Shown here one piece after another: positions 1 through 9,649 of a DNA stretch of 64,000 nt. The DNA comes from an uncultured Verrucomicrobiae bacterium (GTDB lineage Bacteria; Verrucomicrobiota; Verrucomicrobiia; Chthoniobacterales; Chthoniobacteraceae), in contig CAVYKI010000003.1 in NCBI GenBank assembly GCA_963769025.1, positions 896,001-960,000 on the forward strand, written 5' to 3'. Positions within the stretch are counted from its first letter, which is position 1. Every line of letters starts with the position of its first letter. Made by a program: the position numbers and the translations under genes. Under the pieces are notes generated by a model. The model did not search any database. It saw nothing but the letters and a program-made list of their open reading frames with translations, and was not told where the DNA came from.

Positions 1-397
1 AGACGACGATGCACTGGCTGCCGAATTTCTCCGCGCCCGCCGTGATCAGCTCGGGCGTGGCGATGGCGCTGGAGTTGATGCTCACCTTGTCCGCGCCGGC
101 CTTCAGCATCGCGCTCATGTCGTCCACCGCGCGGATGCCGCCGCCGACGGTGAGCGGCATGAAGCAGCACGACGCCGTGCGTTCGATCACCTCCACCATC
201 GTCGCGCGGCCATGTGCGCTCGCGGTGATGTCAAAAAAAACCATCTCATCCGCACCCTGCTCATTGTAGCGCTGAGCGAGCGCGACGGGATCGCCGACAT
301 TGCGCAGCCCACCCTCCTCGGCGCGGCCGAATTGCACGCCACGGGTGACTTTCCCGTCGTGGACGTCGAGGCAGGGGATGACGCGTTTGGTGAGCAT
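1..397 (-). CDS. hisF: Imidazole glycerol phosphate synthase cyclase subunit (3' end outside window)
   Basis: Manual translation from ATG 397: [12 protein letters not shown]...[26 protein letters not shown]...PLTVGGGIR...GADKVSINS. Not in the ORF track because it runs off the edge. Confidence 0.95.
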   Translation of the reverse strand, partial: MLTKRVIPCLDVHDGKVTRGVQFGRAEEGGLRNVGDPVALAQRYNEQGADEMVFFDITASAHGRATMVEVIERTASCCFMPLTVGGGIRAVDDMSAMLKAGADKVSINSSAIATPELITAGAEKFGSQCIVV

Positions 398-457
398 TAT
401 TGGAGTTTGCGTGAAAAGGGTCAGTCTCTAGCCTGCGCGGCGCGCGTATTCAACTGT

Positions 458-1264
458 ATGAGCGAAAATCCCCATTCACCCACCCCGAAGAAGGAGGTGA
501 TTGCGCCGCATCACGAATCGCTCGCGGAGGAATTTGCCGACGACCCACCTGTCTTGGCGCCCAACTACGGCGAGGCGCGCCTTTGGCTGGTCGCCCGCGA
601 TCCTTACAGCCTTTTTGCCTATTGGGATTTTCGCCCGGCGGAACACCCCGAAGCCACCGGCGCGGATGGCCGCACGCGTTTCTCCCTGCGGATTTATGGC
701 GAGGACGGTGCAGTCGAGATGGTCATCGAAATTCCGGCCGGCACCGGCCACACCTTCATTACCGCGCCCGCGCCGGACCGCGGTTACTTCGCCGAGTTGG
801 GTTTTTTTGAAGATGCCACCTGGTGCTTCCTCGCCCACTCCGGCAACACGCGGACCCCGCCCGAACTGCCCGGCACGGAAACTCCGGCGACATTTGTCAC
901 GATCCCGGCTGCTGTCAGTCTCGAAAAAATCGCTCACGTGCTCGCTCATGTCGCGCTGCCCGGCGAGAGCCTCGCGGCAACCACGGCACGCATCCAGGAG
1001 GACGCCCGGCTGCATCGCGACTGGACGCCCGAGCACGAGCGCCTCCTCGCGGAAATCTTCGGCGAAAATACGGCCAGCGCCGTGGCACCATCCGCGAATC
1101 CGCTGTCGCTCACCCGGCGCATCCAGCTAAAGCTCACGGATGCTGCGACGGCGGCTGCACCCTGCGCGCCCATCCCCGCTCCAGTCGTGGGTGACGCGGG
1201 TGAAGGCGCTTCTTCGCACACTGCGGGCCAGCTTGCGGGAGGGCAGCCTCTCAGCCGAACTTGA
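458..1264 (+). CDS. DUF4912-like domain protein
   Basis: Motif YGEARLWLVARDPYSLFAYWD...YFAELG within ORF 212..1264; start moved to ATG 458 to avoid overlap with hisF. Confidence 0.75.
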   Translation: MSENPHSPTPKKEVIAPHHESLAEEFADDPPVLAPNYGEARLWLVARDPYSLFAYWDFRPAEHPEATGADGRTRFSLRIYGEDGAVEMVIEIPAGTGHTFITAPAPDRGYFAELGFFEDATWCFLAHSGNTRTPPELPGTETPATFVTIPAAVSLEKIAHVLAHVALPGESLAATTARIQEDARLHRDWTPEHERLLAEIFGENTASAVAPSANPLSLTRRIQLKLTDAATAAAPCAPIPAPVVGDAGEGASSHTAGQLAGGQPLSRT

Positions 1265-2118
1265 AAATCATACCCTCCTTCATCACGCGACGGCGTTTCA
1301 TTTACGGCTGCCTCGCGCTCGGTGCGGGTGCGGCCTCATGGACGCGGTTCATCGAGCCATGGTGGTTCAAGATCGCGAACCATACGGTGCCGCTCGGCCT
1401 CGGCGGGGAGCCCCTGCGAGTTTTGCAGCTCTCCGACATGCACGCGGACCCGATGCCTTTGTCCTATCTGGCGAAGACATTTCGTGCCGGCCTCGCGCTG
1501 AAGCCCGATCTGATCTGCGTGACGGGCGATTTCATCACCGAGAAATTCGACCTGTGGAACGAATACGCCGCGCTCCTTGCCGAGCTTTCCGCCGCCGCGC
1601 CGACATTCGCCGTTCTCGGAAATCACGACGGCGGCAAATGGGCTTACCGCCCCGGCTGGCACCATGGCTACCCAGACACGAAGCCCATCCGCGCGATGCT
1701 CGACACCGCACGGATCTCGCTGCTGCACAACCGCCGTGAGCGCCTCGCAATCCGCGGCCACGCGCTCGACCTCGTGGGCCTTGGCGACTGGTGGGCGGAT
1801 GAAATGAATCCCGGCGCCGCATTCTCCGGCTGGAAGCGCGAGCCGGGCGTGCCGGTGATTCTCCTTTCGCACAATCCCGACACGAAGGAGCGCCTGCTGC
1901 CATTCGGGTGGGAAGTGATGCTCAGCGGTCACACGCATGGCGGGCAGCTCTCGCTCCCATTCGTCGGCGAACCGTTCGCGCCGATCCGCGACAAGCGTTT
2001 CGTGCGCGGCCTGTATCGCTGGGAAGATCGCTGGCTCCACGTCACCGCCGGAGTCGGCGCACTGCACACGGCGCGCTTCAACTGCCGCCCCGAGGTGAGC
2101 CTGCTCACGCTCACTTAA
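1261..2118 (+). CDS. Calcineurin-like metallophosphoesterase (YkuE/YaeI family)
   Basis: SDMH, TGD, GNHD, SHNPD, SGHTHGGQ motifs; N-terminal TRRRF plus hydrophobic segment. Confidence 0.9.
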   Translation: MKIIPSFITRRRFIYGCLALGAGAASWTRFIEPWWFKIANHTVPLGLGGEPLRVLQLSDMHADPMPLSYLAKTFRAGLALKPDLICVTGDFITEKFDLWNEYAALLAELSAAAPTFAVLGNHDGGKWAYRPGWHHGYPDTKPIRAMLDTARISLLHNRRERLAIRGHALDLVGLGDWWADEMNPGAAFSGWKREPGVPVILLSHNPDTKERLLPFGWEVMLSGHTHGGQLSLPFVGEPFAPIRDKRFVRGLYRWEDRWLHVTAGVGALHTARFNCRPEVSLLTLT

Positions 2119-3485
2119 CCGTAGCGCAGCGCCTGGATGGGATTGAGTTTCGCCGCCTTCACCGCGGGAAAAAGGCCGGCGACGATGCCGACCACGACGC
2201 TGAAGGCGAAGGCGAGGAGCATGCTCTCCGCGACGATCACGGGTGCATTTTCACTTGGGGAAACGCTGACGATGATTTTGATCAGCAGGGCCGAGGTGAG
2301 CAGTCCCATGAGCCCGCCGATGATGGCGATGACCGTGCTCTCGACGAGGATCTGCGTGAACACATTGAAAAAGGTCGCGCCGATCGCCTTGCGGATTCCG
2401 ATCTCGCGCACGCGCTCGGTGATGCTCGCGAGCATGATGTTCATGATACCTATCCCGCCCGCGATGAGACTGATCGCGGCGATGATTCCGCCGCTCATGC
2501 GCGCGTTGCGGATCGCCTGGTTGATGCTCTCCAGGTTGTTCTCCTGCGTGGCGAACATGAAATCCTCGATGCCGTTGTGCGTGGCGAGAAGGACGTTCCT
2601 CGCCTGGCCGAGCGCGGCATCCATTTCGGCGAGATCGGTCACCTTCAGGTCGATGTCACTGAGCGTGGCATCGGGAACGTTGTTTGTGCCGCTGGCGGCA
2701 CGGAAGCGGAGCCACATCGTGTTCATGGGGATGTAGGCGGTCAGGTTCTTGCGCTCGAAGGCCCACGTGCTCCCGCTGCTTCCTCCGCGGTAGCCCGGGC
2801 GGCCGCGTTCGACGAGATGCTTCTTCGCCTCCTCTGGATGCGCTCGGGCCAGCTCGCGTTTCCGGCGATCCTGCTCGCTCTCGTAGTGCTGGAACATCCC
2901 GACGATGGTAAAGACCTGATGGTTGATCTGGATGTGTTCGCCCAACGGCACGACCTCGCGCCCGAGCTGTTCCGGCGAGCCGAAGAGCGCGTCGCGGATG
3001 CCGGTGCCGATGACGCAGACGGCGCTGGCGTTCTCCTCGTCGATCTCGTTGAAAAAGCGGCCGTGCTCGAGGACGTGGAGATTCATGTCGAGCACGACGG
3101 GCCACACACCGACCAGTTCGGCCGGCTTCATCCGAACTTCACCGCGGGAGAGGATTGCCTTTTCCAGCGCCATCTCCGGCGACACCATGCGGATGAGCGG
3201 TGCGCTCCGCTTCAGCGCCTCCACGTCGCGCAGCGTGCGGCCCGGCGCCTGGTCGGCGAGATGGCTCTGCCAAACGGGGACCGGCGCCTCGCGGGTGAGC
3301 GCCTTGTCGAGTCCGCCGAGCGCGATCATCGCCTCCTTCATCCCGTTCTCCATGCCCTTCACGATCGCCGCCATCGCCACGAGGCTCGAGACGCCGAGCA
3401 CGATGCCCAGCATCGTGAGGAGCGATCGGAACTTGTGCGCGAAAATCTCGCGCAGGCCGACGATGATGGCATTCAGGAAGGACAC
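2115..3485 (-). CDS. MacB/FtsX-family ABC transporter permease
   Basis: RSLLTMLGIVLGV, GGIGIMNIMLASITERVREIGIRKAIGA, PAVKAAKLNPIQALRY; probable GTG start at 3485. Confidence 0.92.
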   Translation of the reverse strand: MSFLNAIIVGLREIFAHKFRSLLTMLGIVLGVSSLVAMAAIVKGMENGMKEAMIALGGLDKALTREAPVPVWQSHLADQAPGRTLRDVEALKRSAPLIRMVSPEMALEKAILSRGEVRMKPAELVGVWPVVLDMNLHVLEHGRFFNEIDEENASAVCVIGTGIRDALFGSPEQLGREVVPLGEHIQINHQVFTIVGMFQHYESEQDRRKRELARAHPEEAKKHLVERGRPGYRGGSSGSTWAFERKNLTAYIPMNTMWLRFRAASGTNNVPDATLSDIDLKVTDLAEMDAALGQARNVLLATHNGIEDFMFATQENNLESINQAIRNARMSGGIIAAISLIAGGIGIMNIMLASITERVREIGIRKAIGATFFNVFTQILVESTVIAIIGGLMGLLTSALLIKIIVSVSPSENAPVIVAESMLLAFAFSVVVGIVAGLFPAVKAAKLNPIQALRYG

Positions 3486-3533
3486 GGTTTTCTTTTTCTG
3501 AAAAAGCCGCCCGTCGCGCAACGGCGCGCCTAG

Positions 3534-5009
3534 CTAGCCGTAGCGCAGCGCCTGGATGGGATTGAGCCTGGCCGCCTTGATGGAAGGGAAGAGCCCCGCG
3601 AGGACGCCCACGCCCACGCTGAACGCGAATGCCAGCGCCATGCTCTCGACGGTGATCACCGGCGTGTTCTCCGTAGGCGACATCGCCACGAGGATCTTCA
3701 CGAGCATGCTCGACGCGAACAGTCCCGCCAGCCCGCCGATGATGGCGATGACCACACTCTCCACGAGAATCTGCGTGAACACATCAAAGAACGTCGCGCC
3801 GATCGCCTTGCGGATTCCGATCTCCCGCACGCGCTCCGTGATGCTCGCCAGCATGATGTTCATGATTCCGATGCCGCCGACGAGCAGGCTGATCGCGGCG
3901 ATGATGCCGCCACTCATTCGCGCATTGCTGATAGCCTGCGTGATGCCCTCCGACCAGTTCTCCTGCGTGCGGAATGAAAAATCCTCGATGCCCTTGTGCG
4001 AGTGCATCAGGACGTTCTTCGCCTGCTGCAGCGCCTCGTCCATTTTGTCGATGTCCGCGATTTTGATGGAGAGCGTGGAAAGGCGCGGATCGGGAACGAA
4101 CTCGGCGGTGGCCGAACTGCCGCTCTGGCTGCTGCTGGAACTCGAGCTGCCGCCGCCGCCGCGACTCCCGCCGGATGAGGAACCGCTGCCGGACGAGCCG
4201 GTGGCCGCGCGGAACCTCAGCCACATCGTGTTCAGCGGGATGTAAACCGTGTTGTTCTTCAGATCGAAGACGAAGCCGCCCGGCGATCGGCTGCCGCTCT
4301 TGCTCCCGCTCATGCTTCCGAAGCCGCGGCTGCGCTCGGGGCCACCCTTTGTCTCGGCGGGCTTGTCCGTCTCCATCGAGCGCATTTTTTTGTCCTGCTC
4401 GCTCTCGTAGTGCTCGAACATGCCGATGATTTTGAACCGCTGGCTGTTGATGTTCAGAAACTCGCCGACGGGATTGATCACGCGCCCGATCTGTTCCGGC
4501 GAACCAAAGAGCGCGTCGCGGACCGCGGTGCCGATTACGCAGACGTTGCGCGCGTGCTCGTCGTCGAGGTCGTTGAACATGCGGCCGTGTTCGATGACGT
4601 GCTGGTTGAGTTCGAGTGCATTGGGCCAGGTGCCGAGAAAATACCATGGATTGTAGCTCTTCACGCCGCGCGAGAGGGTGATGCTGCGGACGCGCATCTC
4701 CGGGACGACCATCGTCACCAGCGGCGCGCTGCGGATGAGCGCATGGACGTCGTCCATCGTCGTGCCCACCGCCTGGTCGGCGAGGTGCTGCTGCCACACG
4801 GGGATGTCCTGTTCCTCGACGCGCACTTTTTCCAATCCTCCAATGGCGATGAGCGCCTCCTTCATCCCGTTTTCCATGCCCTTCGTCAGCGCCGACATGG
4901 CCACGAGGCTCGAAACGCCGAGAATGATGCCGAGCATCGTGAGGAGTGAACGGAATTTGTTCGCCCAGATTTCCTTGAAGCCGACGGCGATGGCGTTGAA
5001 CCAATTCAT
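3534..5009 (-). CDS. MacB/FtsX-family ABC transporter permease (paralog of neighbour, with Ser/Gly-rich insert)
   Basis: Same motifs; start MNWFNAIAVG at 5009. Confidence 0.92.
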   Translation of the reverse strand: MNWFNAIAVGFKEIWANKFRSLLTMLGIILGVSSLVAMSALTKGMENGMKEALIAIGGLEKVRVEEQDIPVWQQHLADQAVGTTMDDVHALIRSAPLVTMVVPEMRVRSITLSRGVKSYNPWYFLGTWPNALELNQHVIEHGRMFNDLDDEHARNVCVIGTAVRDALFGSPEQIGRVINPVGEFLNINSQRFKIIGMFEHYESEQDKKMRSMETDKPAETKGGPERSRGFGSMSGSKSGSRSPGGFVFDLKNNTVYIPLNTMWLRFRAATGSSGSGSSSGGSRGGGGSSSSSSSQSGSSATAEFVPDPRLSTLSIKIADIDKMDEALQQAKNVLMHSHKGIEDFSFRTQENWSEGITQAISNARMSGGIIAAISLLVGGIGIMNIMLASITERVREIGIRKAIGATFFDVFTQILVESVVIAIIGGLAGLFASSMLVKILVAMSPTENTPVITVESMALAFAFSVGVGVLAGLFPSIKAARLNPIQALRYG

Positions 5010-5010
5010 C

Positions 5011-5042
5011 GGAACGCGGAGCGCGGAACGGGGAACGCGGAA
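5011..5042 (+). repeat. 32-bp heptamer tandem element (GGAACGC-type x4.5), inverted copy C
   Basis: GGAACGC GGAGCGC GGAACGG GGAACGC GGAA; exact reverse complement of 5135-5166. Confidence 0.95.
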
Positions 5043-5113
5043 GGAAGACTCCGCGCAGAGCGCATGAGGTGATCTGAAAGGTGAAACAAAAGGCGCATTC
5101 GGTTCTGCGTTTG

Positions 5114-5518
5114 TCAGGCGTTCGGCTTCGGCTTTTCCGCGTTCCCCGTTCCGCGCTCCGCGTTCCTGGGGCCTTGTCGGGCTGTGTTGATCGAGGCGAC
5201 CGCGATGGCGACAAGTTCGTTGGATTCCCTGAGCAGGTTTGCGGACTTTGCTGCGGCTGTCTTTCCGCTCTCGGTCAGCAACTCGATCCAATAACCGGAT
5301 TCGTCGGCTTCCTCTTCGACGATTCCCATTTTCGAGATGAAGTCGGCATTGGACCTCGCACGTTTCGCAGTCCGGTAGTTCGCACCCGCAGATGTGCCGG
5401 ACCGCAACAATTGTCGCCCGAGAATCCGCGCGGTTTCATCCTTCGGAAGGCCTTCGACAAACGAGATGACTTCGAGCGCGAATTTCTTCGTTCGTTGCTT
5501 CAAATCTGTTGGCGGCAT
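5114..5518 (-). CDS. Four-helix-bundle protein (23S rRNA IVS protein / TIGR02436-like)
   Basis: DLKQRTKKFALEVI...LGRQLLRSGTSAGANYR...RSNADFISKMGIVEEEADESGYWIELL...ESNELVAI family signature. Confidence 0.92.
   Translation of the reverse strand: MPPTDLKQRTKKFALEVISFVEGLPKDETARILGRQLLRSGTSAGANYRTAKRARSNADFISKMGIVEEEADESGYWIELLTESGKTAAAKSANLLRESNELVAIAVASINTARQGPRNAERGTGNAEKPKPNA
5133..5166 (-). repeat. Heptamer tandem element, copy B (3' end of four-helix-bundle gene)
   Basis: ttttccgcgttccccgttccgcgctccgcgttcc; encodes NAERGTGNAE; 33-bp identity to 5545-5577. Confidence 0.95.
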
Positions 5519-5525
5519 GGCTGGA

Positions 5526-6293
5526 TCAGGTGCTCGGTTCCGAGTTTTCCGCGTTCCCCGTTCCGCGCTCCGCGTTCATCATAAATTTCGGCCCGGCGTT
5601 TTGGCCGGCGAGCCTGGCATCCACGCTGGCGGCGATCTTGCCGTCGCGGATTTCGATTTTTCGTGGGGTGACAGCCGCGATTTCCGGGTCGTGCGTGACC
5701 AGCGCGATCGTGCGGCCGCGGTGGCTCAGGTCGTGGAAGAGCCGCAGGATGGTCTCGCCGGTGTGCGAGTCGAGGTTGCCGGTCGGCTCGTCGGCAAAGA
5801 CGATTTTCGGATCGTTCACCAGCGCCCGTGCGATGGCGGCGCGCTGCTGCTGGCCGCCGGAAAGTTCCATGGGCCGGTGCTTCGCGCGGTTTTCCATTTC
5901 CACCAGCCGCAGCGCCTCCATCGCGCGGTCGTGGCGCTCGCGGGCGCTCGCGCCGGCGTAGATCATCGGGAGCTCTACGTTCTGGAGGACGCTCAGCTTC
6001 GGCAGCAGATTGAAGAACTGGAAAACGAATCCGATTTTCTGATTCCGGATGCGCGCGAGCTGGCGCGACGAGGCGGTGGAAATCTCCGTGCCGTCGAGCT
6101 TGAAGCTGCCTTTCGTCGGCGAGTCGAGACATCCGAGGACGTGCATGAGCGTGGACTTTCCGCTGCCCGAGGGACCGATGATGGAGATGAATTCGCCGCC
6201 CTCGATGTCGAGGTCCACATTGTCGAGGGCGCGGATTTCCTCGCCACCGAGGTGGTAGATCTTGCTGACGCCGCGAAGTTCGATGAGGGCCAT
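5526..6293 (-). CDS. ABC transporter ATP-binding protein (MacB/LolD-like)
   Basis: Walker A GPSGSGKST, LSGGQQQR, Walker B FADEPTGNLD, H-loop VTHD. Confidence 0.95.
   Translation of the reverse strand: MALIELRGVSKIYHLGGEEIRALDNVDLDIEGGEFISIIGPSGSGKSTLMHVLGCLDSPTKGSFKLDGTEISTASSRQLARIRNQKIGFVFQFFNLLPKLSVLQNVELPMIYAGASARERHDRAMEALRLVEMENRAKHRPMELSGGQQQRAAIARALVNDPKIVFADEPTGNLDSHTGETILRLFHDLSHRGRTIALVTHDPEIAAVTPRKIEIRDGKIAASVDARLAGQNAGPKFMMNAERGTGNAENSEPST
5545..5577 (-). repeat. Heptamer tandem element, copy A (3' end of ABC ATPase gene)
   Basis: Identical to 5133-5165; also encodes NAERGTGNAE. Confidence 0.95.
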
Positions 6294-6304
6294 GTTCCGA
6301 GGGC

Positions 6305-7579
6305 CTAACCCGGAGCCCCTCCCTTTCCGGGTCCGGATCCCCCGGGCCGCGGCGCGCCCTTTTCTCCTCCACTCTTGTCGTCGCCCTTTTTGCCTCCCGG
6401 TTTCGCCGCGGCGCCGAATGCCTGCTGCACCTGGCCCGCGTCCTCCGACGGCGTGACGAGCGAGACGGTCTCGCCGCCCTCCAGTCCTTTCGTCACCTCC
6501 GCAAAGTCGTAGTCACTCACGCCAATCAAAATCGGAACACGCACAAATTTGTCGTCCTGCTTCACGTAGGCGAACCGGTCGCCCTTGTCGGTGAACACCG
6601 CGGCGAGCGGGATCGCGACAACGTCGTTGGCAGACTGGAGAGGAATGTTGAGGTTCGCCGTCATGCCCGGGCGCAGGCCGGACTTCTCGTCGTTCTTCAC
6701 GATGATGCGCGTGGAAAATCCCTTGATGCCGTTCTTGATCGTCGCCTGCGGCGCGATGCGATCGAGGCGGCCCTGGAGCTTGAGCCCCGCCACGGCTTCG
6801 ACTTCGATCTCGACCTTCTGGTTCACCGTCATGCGCGTCACGTCGGCCTGGTTGATGTGCGCGTTGATGATGAGTTCGCTAAGGTCGGCGATGGTGAGCA
6901 CCTCGGTGCCGCTGTTCACGCCGCTCGCGCCGGACACGGCCTGGCCGACGGACACGGGGCGCGTGAGGATGGTGCAGTCAAAGGGCGCGACGATCTGCGT
7001 CTTCACGAGCTTGTCCTCGACGAGCTGCAGCGCCTTCTCGGACCGCGCGAGGTTGTTCTTGGAAATCTCATAGGCGTTCTTCGCCACCTCCAGTTCGTTC
7101 GCGGTGTTGTCGAAGACCTCCTTGGAAACCAGCTTGCTGTCGAAGAGGTCCTTGTTGCGGTTGAAGCTCAGCTCGACTTTTTCCATCGCGAGCCGCGCTC
7201 CGGTGACCTGCAACCTTGCCCCTTCGATCTCGATCATCCGCTGCGCCTTTTCGGTCTGGAGATCCGTGTCATCGAGCGCGAAGAGCAGTTCGCCCCTCTT
7301 GAGCTTGTCACCGATGTCCACCGTCAGCGTCTCGATGCGCCCGCTGACCTCCGGCCGCACGGAGACCTGCTCCGCCGGGGTGATTTCGCCTGCGGCGCTG
7401 ATCGCAAAGTTGATGTTGCGCGTGCCGGCGACCGCCGTGGTTGCGCGCGAGGGTTTCTTTCCGTGCTCAGCGGCGGCCGATTTCTTCCAGAACATCACCG
7501 TCTCCGGCCATTGCCGCGCGGCGAAATACGTCCCCGCGAGAATCACTGCCACAACAAGCCATAAAATCGGGCGCTTCAT
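6305..7579 (-). CDS. Periplasmic adaptor / membrane fusion protein (MacA-like)
   Basis: N-terminal anchor MKRPILWLVVAV, EVSGRI...VDIGD, coiled coil, IVAPFDCTI, LRPGMTA. Confidence 0.9.
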   Translation of the reverse strand: MKRPILWLVVAVILAGTYFAARQWPETVMFWKKSAAAEHGKKPSRATTAVAGTRNINFAISAAGEITPAEQVSVRPEVSGRIETLTVDIGDKLKRGELLFALDDTDLQTEKAQRMIEIEGARLQVTGARLAMEKVELSFNRNKDLFDSKLVSKEVFDNTANELEVAKNAYEISKNNLARSEKALQLVEDKLVKTQIVAPFDCTILTRPVSVGQAVSGASGVNSGTEVLTIADLSELIINAHINQADVTRMTVNQKVEIEVEAVAGLKLQGRLDRIAPQATIKNGIKGFSTRIIVKNDEKSGLRPGMTANLNIPLQSANDVVAIPLAAVFTDKGDRFAYVKQDDKFVRVPILIGVSDYDFAEVTKGLEGGETVSLVTPSEDAGQVQQAFGAAAKPGGKKGDDKSGGEKGAPRPGGSGPGKGGAPG

Positions 7580-7832
7580 CGTTGGTTCGGAGTGCGGATG
7601 GGGTGAGTGATTCTTGGGTGGCTGCGCGCGGAGCGGAAAGAAACAGCATTCCCGCCGGGAGACAAGCCCGACAGGGTAAACCCGGCCCCCTGCCGGATGT
7701 TGCGCGGCACAGGAAAGCCTCAAAGAAAAGTCGGGATGAAAACCTCGGGAGTGTTCACGCTTTCCCACGTGCGCAAACTCGCGCTTCCGCCGAGGCCTGC
7801 GTGCCGGTGCCACAAAAAATCAGAACCTTCCC

Positions 7833-8912
7833 ATGAAAAGAACCATCCACGCGCTCGCCGCACTGCTATTCCTCCCGCTCGCCGCGCTCCGTGCCGCGGA
7901 CGCGCCGCTCACTTTCAACGACCCGAAACCGCAGCGCTACGAACTCACCGCGCGCGCCAGCGCGATCGATCCGCGCACGAATCCGCACCCGGCGATCGAC
8001 TTTGTCTTCGAGAAAGGCGGCAAGCCCGCGGACACTGAGAACGCCTCGGTGGACACCCGCGTGAAGCCCCAGGGCAAGCTCGTCATCTGGCTCATGGGCC
8101 ACAGCGCGCCGCTTTTCGAGCGCGTGAACAGCTACGGGCTGCACGCCATCCGCGTGCACTACGCGAACGGCTGGTTCGGGAAATTCGGCAACATGTCGCC
8201 GGGCGACGACGGCCAGCTCCTCGGGAAAATCCGCCTCGAAGCCGCCACTGGCGAGGACTTCAGCCCGCTCGTGGAAATCCCGAAACCCGACAGCATGATG
8301 GAACGCTCGCTGCAATTTGTGAAATGGCTCGCGAAGGAAAACCCGCAAGGCCGCTGGGATTGGTTTCTCACGCCGGACGGAAAGTCGCTGCGATGGGATC
8401 GCGTGATCCTCTCCGGCAGCTCGCACGGTTCCACGACGGCGGCGCGCTTTGCGAAGCACACAAAAGTGGATCGCGTGGTGATGTTCTGCGGCCCGCGCGA
8501 TCAGCTCGAAACATGGCAGGGCCTGCCCTCGGCGACGCCGGCGAACCGCTACTTCGCATTCAGCCACGTGCTCGATGGCGGCTGGTCCGGCGGGCACTAC
8601 TGCCGATCGTGGGAATTGCTCGGGCTGCATGAGTTCGGCCCGATCGTGAGCGTGGACAAGACCGCCGCGCCGTATGGGAACACGCGCAGGCTGACCACCG
8701 CCGCCGACGTAAAAGGCGACGACAAACGCGCGCACAGCTCCGTTACACCCGGCGGGGCAGCAGTGAAGGATGAATCCGGAAAATTCAACCACGAGGGCGT
8801 CTGGCGCTACCTGTTCAATCAGCCCGTCGAGAACACGGGTCAGCCCGTGCCCGCGGATCCGGATTGCCTGAAGGATCTTCGCAATGCCGCGAAGCCTCAG
8901 AAAAAAAAGTAG
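7833..8912 (+). CDS. Secreted alpha/beta-hydrolase-like protein (BPSS1187-like)
   Basis: Signal peptide; GSSHG nucleophile elbow; late AHS motif. Confidence 0.6.
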   Translation: MKRTIHALAALLFLPLAALRAADAPLTFNDPKPQRYELTARASAIDPRTNPHPAIDFVFEKGGKPADTENASVDTRVKPQGKLVIWLMGHSAPLFERVNSYGLHAIRVHYANGWFGKFGNMSPGDDGQLLGKIRLEAATGEDFSPLVEIPKPDSMMERSLQFVKWLAKENPQGRWDWFLTPDGKSLRWDRVILSGSSHGSTTAARFAKHTKVDRVVMFCGPRDQLETWQGLPSATPANRYFAFSHVLDGGWSGGHYCRSWELLGLHEFGPIVSVDKTAAPYGNTRRLTTAADVKGDDKRAHSSVTPGGAAVKDESGKFNHEGVWRYLFNQPVENTGQPVPADPDCLKDLRNAAKPQKKK

Positions 8913-9294
8913 CTCACTGAGAACACCGGCCGATCGTTCTCGCGATCGATCCGAACGCGCGCTGCACGTTCGCAGAAGGAAGGAATCTGCGGGACGAGCT
9001 CCGAGCCGATTTCCGCCCTGACAATGGCGCCGCCAATGCGCGACGCGTCAGCATGCAGCGATGCGCAGAAAAAATGTCGCGCTCATTTTCCGGGTAATGC
9101 GCGTTGATCAGTGGACGCCGCAAACTCGAACGAAGAACACACGAGCCGCATGTCGCGAATTTCGCGCAAACTTTCGGCGAGAAAAATGCGCGCATTGGCA
9201 CGGAATCGTACTCGTAAAAACGCGCGGTTTCACTCGTAGATTCTAAGATTTTCCTCTTGTCGCGATCCGACGCCGTGCCTATCAACGCCCTCGT

Positions 9295-9576
9295 ATGGCA
9301 ACCAAACCCAAAAAATCCACCCGTAAACCGAACGCCGCATTCATGAAGCCCGTCCAACCGGACGCGGTCCTCGCTGAAGTCGTCGGATCGAAACCCCTCC
9401 CGCGCACCGAACTCACCAAGAAGCTGTGGGTTTACATCAAAAAGAACGGCCTGCAGGACAAAAAAGTGAGGACCCAGATCAACGCCGATGACGCGCTGAA
9501 GGCAGTCTTCGGAGGCAAGGCGAAGGTCTCGATGTTCGAGATGACCAAGCTCGTCTCGAAGCACGTCAAGGCGTAA
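9295..9576 (+). CDS. Stand-alone SWIB/MDM2 domain protein
   Basis: FMKPVQPDAVLAEVVG..PLPRTELTKKLWVYIKKNGLQD...INADDALKAVFGG...MFEMTKLVSKH. Confidence 0.93.
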   Translation: MATKPKKSTRKPNAAFMKPVQPDAVLAEVVGSKPLPRTELTKKLWVYIKKNGLQDKKVRTQINADDALKAVFGGKAKVSMFEMTKLVSKHVKA

Positions 9577-9649
9577 CGCAGGCGGCGCATTCGGCGGGCG
9601 CCAGTCCTCTGGCCCTTCCGCCGAAACGTTGCGCATGATGCCGCCGGCG

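Noticed and set aside
5114..5518. Diversity-generating retroelement, suggested by the Avd-like fold
   Set aside because: No reverse transcriptase and no TR/VR pair with adenine-specific mismatches seen in the window.
5011..5577. CRISPR array (32-33-bp repeats)
   Set aside because: Only three copies, mixed orientation, spacing of about 90 and 380 bp, internal 7-nt periodicity, no cas genes.
9195..9210. Sigma-54 motif TTGGCACG upstream of the SWIB gene
   Set aside because: The -12 position reads TA rather than GC at GG-N10.
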